19,964 nt of DNA from positions 1,269,554 through 1,289,517 of the forward strand of contig NW_003314302.1 of assembly GCF_000143415.4 (NCBI RefSeq), written 5' to 3'. Below, one piece after another: positions 11,150 through 19,964 of this stretch. The stretch is from Selaginella moellendorffii. Its lineage: Eukaryota; Plantae; Lycopodiophyta. Positions within the stretch are counted from its first letter, which is position 1, and each line of letters opens with the position of its first letter. Both the position numbers and the translations under genes were made by a program. The notes beneath the pieces were generated by a model that saw only the letters and a list, made by a program, of their open reading frames with translations, ran no database searches and was not told the DNA's origin.

Positions 11150-13278
11150 AGGGAAGATCAACGTCCTCGTCGAAACATACTCGAGTCTAGAATACCACCA
11201 AGGAAACAACTCCAAAAAAAGTTCACGATATTCATACTATGTGAGAAATGCACCAACTTAAATGAGTTAGGGGTAACCTCTTTGTCTAACGTGGATGTGC
11301 TACCCACTCAGACACCTTCCGGCTGTCGCTGACAAGGAAATGACTAATGGAGTCAGCCACCCTTGCTGCTTTGGGTGTCACCCAGCTACAAAAGTGTGAT
11401 ATGGCCTTGCCCACAAGGACATAGAGAGAGAAGCCAGAGGCCCCAACCCTCCTGAGCAAAGAAACCAAACCTGTCACTAAGTTTAGATAGACTATTGTAA
11501 ACAGGCAGTTAGAGTTGTTTACACAATCATGCCCTTTTTAAATGAAACAAGGAACATCGACAAAGAGGCAGGTTATGTGACCAATTGACAGTAGCTACCC
11601 CATGACTAGAGATTTCACCATGCACACGAAATGCTGAAGCTAGTCTGCCTATACTGACCCAAACTTCAAAGATCAATAGATGGACAATATCAAAGTCACA
11701 GACAATGATATCTGAGAGACTTAGTTATCAGTGAATAAATTTGAGATTAGAACACAAAAGTAATCCAAGTAAGTTATCATCCGATAAACTAGTACTAGAG
11801 TATAGGAACCACCAAGATCACTATCATTGGAAAATATAAGATTCACTATCCAACAAAATTCAATAGCATATATACTCAATGATAAAACTTAACTATCAAA
11901 GATTTTAGATAGTATGATAAACAACTTACGAAAGATAACTCAAAGAACATAAAGTATCATCGACTGGCAAGCAAAATGCTCGCGAATGTATCACTCGAAG
12001 GAAATAACATCCCAATCTATCAAAACTAACTCAAGCAATAATCAGTAAAACATAATGAATGTGGTAAAACTAACAAACACTTGTTCATGCCAACTATTGC
12101 ACTAGTCAATCAGAATAGATTTCAATCAATAATACCAAGGAATCAAAGTTGCTCAAGTAAGTGTCAGCAACATCCCATTGATATCTCAAACCCAAGAGAC
12201 CAATCCAGAGCAAACCACAAAGAACATGTGGTATTGCGAAAAGCCATAAACCAGCAACGAGAATAACTAACGATCATGAAAGAACATCAATTATCCCATC
12301 AATGAAGAGATGCATAATCATTGTCGAAGAAGGAATCCACTATCTCAAAGAATGGCAAATCATTCTATACCAACAACAATCAAGTAAAATCTTGACAAGG
12401 ATAATCAACTATCCTAGATGATAGTCAATCATCACCAATGATTGTTAGATGCAAAAGCCAACTTCAACATCGAAACTATTAAGCCAAAATGCCTTCCCCA
12501 ACAACTTTTAACAAATGGAACAATGAGCATGAAAACTCAATGAACCAAAAGCTTAAAGAAATTTATAGCCAAGTCATGCTTAACAATGATTATGAGTCTC
12601 GCATGAACTAACTTCAATGCTAAAGAAGAAAATCATGGTACAACCCACAATATCCTTCTCAACACATCCATCAGCCAAACTTCATAATGCTAAACCTAAT
12701 GAAGAGTATATTTGCATCAATCCAAAAGCCAAACACAACAAAGTTATGCCCAACACGTGATCACTAAACGATCCTCCATGAATCCATCTATAGCAAGACG
12801 TAACTTCCTTCATAACAAGCACAAGGAGAATCATCAATGATCGATATATCCTCAATTCAAATTCAATAAAGATTCAATCACTTCAATATCAATCACTAAC
12901 GCTTTCATTTGTAAGGTTAGTATAGTCTACGATTGAATCACTTTTCAAGGAAAAGCTAAAGCTCAACCCCTACTAAACAATTTCGTTTAGAACACAACTA
13001 ATTCAACTTGCTAATCAGTTCATTTGAACGTCAACACAATTGCTAACTAGCAAATGTATGAATGCCAACAACACAAAGAAGCCAAATCATTAACACTATC
13101 TTCATCAAGATTAATGAAACTCAATATCAATCCTTGGAAGGATATCTCATTTCACTCAAATCTCAATATCAATAATGTCAACGACAAAACATCATTTCAA
13201 TGTCATCAACACCAAAACAAAGCTAGAAGAAAGCACGAGTGAATCACCACTCAAAACTCTTTTGCAACCAAGCTAACT

Positions 13279-13378
13279 NNNNNNNNNNNNNNNNNNNNNN
13301 NNNNNNNNNNNNNNNNNNNNNNNNNNNNNNNNNNNNNNNNNNNNNNNNNNNNNNNNNNNNNNNNNNNNNNNNNNNNNN
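13279..13378. other. Assembly gap (100 N)
   Basis: Run of N. The flanks correspond to copy A ~2826 and ~4943. Confidence 0.99.
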
Positions 13379-14110
13379 CCATGCATCAAGATAGAGACTC
13401 TTGATTGTATGAAGAGTCATGATTGCATGACTGTGAACATGAGCAATAAGTCATACCTCATTGCAAATCATCTCTCCAAGAAGAGAAAATGATTTACGTA
13501 TTTGATCCTTCGTCCCCGATGACTCTCTTTTTGGTTTCATCTTTGACTAAACCTCAAGCTTGCTTTTGCACTGCCTTCAGTCCAATCCAAGAAAAGTTTA
13601 TGAGAGAGCACGGCAATAACTATTTGAACCAATAGACTAATCCCTATAGTCTTGATTGGTCCACTTGTAATCATGCCTAGGAAGGATCTATTAGTGCCGT
13701 GCTAAACAGCTATGGACCAGCCTATTTGCCACTGACAGCAAACCTAGGGAAAGTTTACTTTCACCCATGGTACATGGAACAACTCACGGAACCAATAGAA
13801 CAACTCATGGAACCATCAATAAGTTTATCTTAATCCTGCCAACTCAAAGTGTAACCTTGAATTGCTAATGTGCCTCACACACGAGCCCAAGTATAAACTT
13901 GTGCAAATGGTACACCTCAAATCCATCTTGTAAGCCCAAGAGCAAGCTCACATTATTACGGTACAAAAAGGTAACCAAATCCATACCCAAGGAACAATTG
14001 CGAAGTCTTAGCACCCAAACGTGTACCCACTTGGATCATCCTTTTCATCTCTGCGTATGCAATGAGACTAGTTGCCCAATCTCATTGAATAGTACTCGCT
14101 AAAACTCATC

Positions 14111-14121
14111 CTCTTATACGA
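14111..14121 (-). other. Decayed PBS, copy C
   Basis: Minus strand TCGTATAAGAG at the same position as the PBS in A and B. Confidence 0.75.
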
Positions 14122-14123
14122 AA

Positions 14124-15272
14124 TGTAGCGCACATGGTTTTGACCCTTTATCCTATAGTGATTTACCACAGGATAACACCACGAAGCAGAACCTAAACCC
14201 TCTTTATGCCACATGACACATGCCACATGTCATATGCCATGTGTCCAAAGGACAGTGGTGCGGAACCTGAGGTTTAGGGCCTTGGGCCACTGAACAAAGG
14301 AACGGTGCCAAACTCCCAAGCATGGAGCCAAGGAGTGACAGAATTGAACCACGGAGTAACTCCCGAGCATACAACCCAAGGAGCGAAGGAACAGGAGCCC
14401 GGAGTGACTTGGAACAGTCCTAAAGCAACTAGCATCCCAATGCCAAGACCAACATGCAAAACGGAGCCAAACGGAGTCTGGTGCTATTTCGGCATATCGG
14501 TGGCCTAATGTGAGGACATGGGTACTCCACCAGCTAGCATGGAATGGAATTTGGGCTTAGACCCAAGCCTAACACAGAACAAAGACAAGCACACAAGCGG
14601 GAGCTAAACTATGCCTCAAGTTAGTTGGCCATGCCCAACTTACCCACTATCCCTACTATACATTTTAGAAACCCCCATATCCCCCCCCCCCCCCTTTGAG
14701 GAACACATGCTTTGGGCTTTCACCCCAAGCCTCCTTTAGTATCAAGAGTTAGTTTTTAGGACAAGCTCAAAACTTACTAAATATGGAATGGCGCTAGAAT
14801 GCGAATTTAGACATGAGATGAACACCATTGTGTTCAGGACAATCTCTACATTTTGTAGATATGCCAAATAAGCAAATCTAGACACTTTCCATAAATAGTA
14901 TTTGGGACCGAAATGAGACTAACACAAAGGGCATGATAGTGAGGGTGTTTGGCAGACACAGTAAACTATCATCCAAAAATATTGAGGGACCAATCTCAAT
15001 ATGCGAGGGTTCTTGTCAAGCCAGTGCAAGACAAAGCAAAAGAGAACTAAGAGCCAGGCCGAGTATGCTCAGCTAAAAACACATAGGAGTTCCTACCTTA
15101 TATCCATCTGGCTAAGTACAGGTGCTAAGCCTAGTAAACTAACACTTGAATAAGAGGGGTTGATAAAGGGAACTAGCAATACCGACCTCTTGCCATCGTG
15201 GCAGTAATGAAAGAGTGTTTATAAGGACTAACTGACAAGTAACTTTCGATATCCAAAGTCACATTCGCAATA
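14124..15272 (-). repeat. Complete family 1 LTR (1149 bp) with a central poly-G tract (C14 on + at 14681-14694)
   Basis: Minus-strand termini TATTGCGAATGTG (TG decayed to TA) ... CATGTGCGCTACA form an imperfect terminal inverted repeat. Homology to the other copies stops at 15272. Confidence 0.9.
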
Positions 15273-15887
15273 AGCTTGCATCATCCATTACACAATTGCC
15301 TCCTTCATCCTCTATCCTATTCAAAAACTCAAGAGCTTAATCTTCCTACCCATTCTTTGCATTTAGAGTGTTTAAGGAGATAAGTGTGATCAACTCAAGT
15401 TCTTGATCAGCATACTGGGCTCATTTGTGCTTCTATAGTGGTGGTTAAGACACAATGGAAAGTATAGGAGGCATTTTGAGTGCTCACCACAACCTGGAAA
15501 AGGTGTGCCAGTCACTAATGAAGCTCATATAAATATAAACCTTGAAAATGCTAATAAAACTAATACAAATGCATGTAATTATCATAGCTATACTATTTAT
15601 AAATTAGCACATCAAAAAAATTATAAGGACCATACAACACATATATTTAATATTAGAAATATGTTATCTATATATGTTTTTTGTGGTGCATTAGATTTTG
15701 AAAATGGGTCAAGCTCAATGTGTTGCCAGAATTAAAAAGTTTCCCTTCTGCAGCTTATCTACTATATTGTATATGCTTTTTAATGAAAATAAAAACTCCA
15801 ACTGTAAAATTAACATAAAAAATTTCAACAATGCTTTGACTTTTTCATCACTGGGTGCTAATATTGATAATTTAAGTGGTAAAGGCC

Positions 15888-15987
15888 NNNNNNNNNNNNN
15901 NNNNNNNNNNNNNNNNNNNNNNNNNNNNNNNNNNNNNNNNNNNNNNNNNNNNNNNNNNNNNNNNNNNNNNNNNNNNNNNNNNNNNNN
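15888..15987. other. Assembly gap (100 N)
   Basis: Run of N. Confidence 0.99.
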
Positions 15988-16727
15988 CACCAATTCTCAT
16001 GACCTATAGTATGCTTAAGCTTTGAACATCTTTGCCCATTTTTCCGACATCTAACACCGACGTCCGTAAAATGCAAAGTGAACACCCAAGGCTTGATCAT
16101 GAAGACCACATCTTCGGATATCCACATTTGCATTAACACTCTTCTTCAATCACCTTCAAGATCCAATGTGAAACCAAAACACTAACAAGAAAAATGGCAT
16201 GAAAAATCAAGGTCCAAGGAAAATTCCTCATCAATCAAAATAACAATGCCACTTCCACTAATACAAATGCTAGTGATGTTAATGCCCTAACTATACATTT
16301 TCTCCATCCAACAATTTACTCCAAGTGTTAACAGATAAACTGACAAGTTATAGCAAATGAATACTACAACCTTTTTCCAACATCTTATGGGCAAAGTCTC
16401 ACAAAAACAAGGTACTAACTTAAGTTTAGCATAATGAATCACTATTGAGAACTTAGTCAAAGCTACTTCAATATTACTACTTGCAAGTAGATTAGCTTCA
16501 CCATCAATCACTTTGGGGTTGATCATCATTTACCCAAGCAACTTCGTAAACACATTACTCATTATCACATGGATATGATATAAGAATCACAATGACTTGA
16601 TCATCAATCAAGCAACATCACGAGCAACGCCCATGTCATTACTTTCCAAGGTCATGTGACTATCAAGTGCCAACTCGATTCGACAAAATGCAACATAAAT
16701 GCCACACTCCACCAATAGAGGTTTACG
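15988..16727 (-). mobile_element. Family 1 internal-region fragment D (740 bp contig)
   Basis: Colinear with copy A ~3975-4717 in the same orientation, and bounded by gaps on both sides. Confidence 0.92.
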
Positions 16728-16827
16728 NNNNNNNNNNNNNNNNNNNNNNNNNNNNNNNNNNNNNNNNNNNNNNNNNNNNNNNNNNNNNNNNNNNNNNNNN
16801 NNNNNNNNNNNNNNNNNNNNNNNNNNN
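16728..16827. other. Assembly gap (100 N)
   Basis: Run of N. Confidence 0.99.
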
Positions 16828-16904
16828 ATAGGTTGCTAACAACAATAAACCCATATACACAAGCTTTTTTAAATGATATATAATCTTGAATCACAAGAAC
16901 AATG

Positions 16905-17352
16905 TAACTCAATTGAACCTTAGCACCAAACTCCTATTTTAAAATTTCCTTACTAAAGTTCTCCTCATGTAAGGATTCCTCATTCATAGCTTTTTGTTCG
17001 ATCGAAAGCTCTAATTCTACAAAAGGTTCCGTGTTTGCCTTGGTTTATTTACGTCCTACCTAGCCATTTTCTAGCAATCTGCCTTTATCCTTTGCAAGAA
17101 TTGAGAAAAAGGCTCAAAGACTAAATTGTTAGCCATAAATTTTTCCTTTCTAATTTGTCAATCAATCTTATCTATCTAACCTTCTTTACCTTGGTCTCAA
17201 TTAAGTTTGTTTGCCAAGATTTCCATCTAATGTACTAACTTCTACTTGATCCTATTTGGTCTTAGCTATTCACTACACAAGCAATGAGGTGTTACTCATC
17301 CATCCATAGATTACCAAATTCTTTTCCAATCCCCTTCCCAAGGTTAAATTAG
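16905..17352 (-). mobile_element. Family 2 fragment: LTR 3' end (17352-17127), decayed PBS (17123-17112) and gag start (from 17067)
   Basis: Diverged direct paralog of ~19270-19710. It translates MNEESLHEENFSKEILK*EFGAKV, versus MDEESLHEDNSNEEISKHKFSAKV in the other copy. Confidence 0.8.
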
Positions 17353-17558
17353 TTTTTTTATTAGTGGGTTTGTCCCTTTTCACTTAACTCCCTCATGTGC
17401 TTTCTTTTTGGCCACCGAATTTACCTTTTTAAGACTTTAAGAATTCATTTTTAGAGAAAATCTTCCTAAATTTTATACCCTATGCCCTTCTTGGTTTAGT
17501 TCCTTTGTTGAACATGGACCCCCACCCTATTGTGTTCCCTTTTTGTAGGTTATCATTG

Positions 17559-17679
17559 AAATGCACTTTAATAGTTGCATCTAATGCTTCCTTGTAATTG
17601 GTTGGGTTTCAATGCATCACCTCACCCCGAGTTTAAATATGTAAACTTAATATGAAATCATGGAACACATCTATATTAC
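17559..17679 (-). pseudogene. gag: Continuation of the Gypsy gag (capsid C-terminal part) beyond the solo LTR
   Basis: NIDVFHDFILSLHI*TRGEVMH*NPTNYKEALDATIKVHF resembles the F..GL...R.EV....P....EA pattern. It joins in frame to ...LIIDMGN once the insertion is removed. Confidence 0.72.
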
Positions 17680-18705
17680 TATAAAAACCAACTCCCTGAG
17701 GTGTTGTAGGCTAAAGGATCTCTAAAATCATGATTAGAATGATAAAGAGTTTATCAGATGAGAAAGAGTCCAAGATCGAGTCTGAGACCAACTCCAAGAC
17801 TGAGTTTGAGACCAAGTTCAAGACCAAGTTCAAAATTAAGTTCAAGATTGAGTTCAAGATCCAAGATCAGATCTTAAGACTAAGTTTGAGATTGAGTCCG
17901 AGACTAAGTTTGAATACTAATATAAGCTAATATAAGTCATGGGGTGAAAGCCCAAAGCAATCATCCCCCAAGGGGGTAGAGGGAGGCTGTAGAGGGTTCT
18001 AAAAGTATAATAAAGATGGTGAGGTCTAAGAACCAATTTTGAAGGAATGAAACTCTCTAGTGGTGCTTCCAAATTAAAATTGAAGGTTAGGGGCTTTGAG
18101 TGGGAGTGAGCATAGACTTTGGTGGTGCTAAAGAGGCCACCCAAAGAAGTGTTCAAAAACAACTCCCACTCTCAAAAATGAAAGTGACTATAGTGCTCCC
18201 AGCTCATATAAAATGGTGCCCCACTTAAGTACTATGTGACACATTGGTCCTTGCTCCTTCCTAGGGGCTTGGGCCTTCCCTTTGTGATGGAAGTTGGGGA
18301 GTAGGGGTACCTATATCAGGCCGTTAGGCCATAGTGTTTCCTCCTAAGGTCCTGAAGTAAAAAATGCATATAAGGTTTGGGATATGATCAAGTTTTATTG
18401 TACCAAGGGATATTAGGAACCTAGAGGCTTAGTGTGCTTGGGTGTTTGTGTATGTGGGGAGTGTAGCCAAATATTAAGTCTAATCTAACCTAAAGAGGCG
18501 AATTATGAGAGAATTTAGAAATCTATGGATGGATAGATAACATTCTATTACTTGTGCAGTGAGTAGTTAAAACCAAATAAGACTAAGTAAGAGTTGGTAT
18601 AATAGATAGGAACTTTAACAAAGGAAATTAACTAAGGTTAAGGTAGTGATGGTTGGATAAACGAGGTAAGCTGGCAAATTGGAAAGGAAAAATTTGTAAT
18701 TTGCA
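17680..18705 (+). mobile_element. Family 2 solo LTR (1026 bp) with 5 bp TSD ATTAC
   Basis: ATTAC at 17675-17679 and 18706-18710, with termini TA(TG decayed)...TTTGCA. 18100-18705 is a reverse-complement homolog of the LTR at 19497-19964 and ends at the same base. Confidence 0.85.
17766..17913. repeat. Degenerate 12 bp minisatellite (YYRAGA-YYRAGT)n, ~12 units, inside the solo LTR
   Basis: ccaagatcgagt ctgagaccaact ccaagactgagt ttgagaccaagt tcaagaccaagt ... Confidence 0.9.
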
Positions 18706-19439
18706 ATTACCCATATCTATAATAAGGATCCTCTTGGCCATAAATGCATTCACATACTCTTGAATGGTTCCTATCTTCTTCAGCCTACTCAACTCATCCC
18801 TTAGATGTAAAGTAACATTTAGGAGAACATAAGTTATATGGATCCTCATCTTCATCACTTCGCAATTGGCCACTAGTCCTTCATTGGCCTTTGTTATTCT
18901 TCACCAAAATTTAGCATTATCTTCTAAGTATGGTTTGACATATGGGACATTTTTCAAACTTGGTAACTACAATACTTAAAAGTAATCTTCACTATTATAA
19001 AACCAATCCAACACTTTATAGTAATTCACATTCTTGAAGATTGATAGGGGCTTTGGTTTGTATTTGGGAACTGCTTTGGGGACTAACTCTACTTCAATTT
19101 GATTGACCTTGTTTGGTTTTGCCTCAATCCCCACCAAAGGGTCCATGCCTTTTGCATTGCCAATATCTGCAATCTTTTGCATTTTCTTCCACTTCTCATT
19201 ATACTTTAACTTACATATAAGGGTCTCTAGTAGGGTATTGGTTAGTGCCAATTGTTCTTCTAAAGTATTCAATTGAGCCTTGGACAACCAAACCTTAGCA
19301 CTAAACTTATGTTTGGAAATTTCCTCATTGGAGTTGTCCTCATGCAAGGATTCCTCATCCATAATTGTTTGACTAAAGGCTCCATTTTTTCAAGAGGTTT
19401 TATTTCTCCCTTAGTTTGCTTGTGCCTTGCCTTAGCCAT
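18706..19439 (-). pseudogene. gag: Ty3/Gypsy retrotransposon gag, N-terminal and capsid region
   Basis: ORFs 18976-19362 and 18628-18873 share one frame with three stops: KPLSIF...VLDWFYNSEDYF*VL*...YVKPYLEDNAKFW*...MKMRI...LRDELSRLKKIGTIQEYVNAF, which fits the Retrotrans_gag pattern. There is a probable frameshift between the ATG at 19439 and 19362. Confidence 0.85.
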
Positions 19440-19481
19440 CTCCTAGAAATCTGCTTATATCCTTTGTATAAATTGGAAAAA

Positions 19482-19493
19482 GCTCCAATACTA
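19482..19493 (-). other. Decayed tRNA-iMet PBS, family 2
   Basis: TAGTATTGGAGC, three transitions from TGGTATCAGAGC and 3 nt after the LTR-terminal CA. Confidence 0.7.
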
Positions 19494-19496
19494 AAT

Positions 19497-19964
19497 TGTA
19501 AATCACAAATTTTTTCTTTCCAATTTGCTAAATTACCTCATATATTTGACCACCTCTGCCTTGGCCTCAATTAAATTCTTTTGCCATATTATACCAATTT
19601 GTACTTGGTTCTATGTAAATTCAACTACTTATTGCATGAGCAATAAAGTGTTAACCATCCATCCACGAATTCTTAAATTCTTTCCCAATCCCTCTTTCTG
19701 GGTTAGACTAAACTTAAGGTTTAGTTACACTCCCTATAAGCACAAACAACCAAACATACCAAACCTTTAGGTTTTTAACCTTCCTTAGTTGATTATGGGA
19801 CCTTTTAAATCTTGACCCTTAGGTGTATCTTTTATTTTGGGACCCTAGGGGGAAACACCATGGCCTAACAGCTTATTATGAGTACCCCATAAGTGGGAAT
19901 TGCTCTTAAGAACTTCCTTGGGTGGCTTTTTTAGCACCACTTGAATCCATGCTCACTCCCATCC
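19497..19964 (-). repeat. Family 2 5' LTR (runs off the window end)
   Basis: Homologous to the solo LTR at 18100-18705 but lacks the ~18174-18300 segment. It is followed by the PBS. Confidence 0.8.

Larger units (their letters stand above)
10581..15272 (-). mobile_element. Family 1 copy C (complete 5' LTR, gapped internal region, half of the 3' LTR)
   Basis: LTR 15272-14124, decayed PBS, internal region colinear with A on both sides of the N gap, PPT, and U3-side LTR half 11137-10581. Confidence 0.9.
17353..19964 (-). mobile_element. Family 2 Ty3/Gypsy LTR retrotransposon, 5' part (LTR, PBS, gag); no pol visible
   Basis: The LTR end ...GATTTACA at 19497 is followed by a PBS-like site, then ATG GCT at 19439, then gag motifs. 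Confidence 0.82.

Noticed and set aside
1274-14508. Short 60-86 aa ORFs, several repeated (e.g. 3391-3618/8486-8725, 2600-2812/9294-9554, 5725-5961/14305-14508)
   Set aside because: They recur only because the DNA is repeated. Starts and stops differ between copies, many start at non-ATG codons, and none has a convincing domain.
15698-16912. ORFs containing X runs
   Set aside because: They read through N gaps and are artefacts.
17730-17930. Repetitive ORF (KFKTKFKIKF...) or CRISPR-like array
   Set aside because: It is the translation of a 12 bp minisatellite and has no spacers.
18628-18705. C-terminal tail of ORF 18628-18873 (CKLQIFPFQF...)
   Set aside because: It is read-through into the antisense solo LTR, not gag.

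Overview
Eukaryotic, almost certainly plant, heterochromatin from a draft assembly with three 100-N gaps. It is a nest of decayed LTR retrotransposons; I see no intact gene, RNA gene or CRISPR array. Family 1 (1-15272 plus a fragment at 15988-16727) has ~1.15 kb LTRs, a tRNA-iMet PBS, a PPT and a ~5 kb internal region with no long ORF, so it looks non-autonomous. Copies A and C lie on the minus strand as LTR-internal-LTR-internal-LTR. The middle LTR is a chimera of two subfamilies, split at its poly-G tract by an inverted 4.36 kb fragment of a third copy (B), which creates a ~9 kb diverged inverted repeat. Family 2 (~16900-19964) is Ty3/Gypsy-type: LTR, PBS and a pseudogenised gag on the minus strand. 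That gag is interrupted by an antisense 1026 bp solo LTR of the same family with a 5 bp TSD (ATTAC) and a methylation-decayed 12 bp minisatellite. I cannot support a new biological system. The best leads are the non-coding LTR family and the rearrangement centred on the G-tract. All alignments were done by eye.
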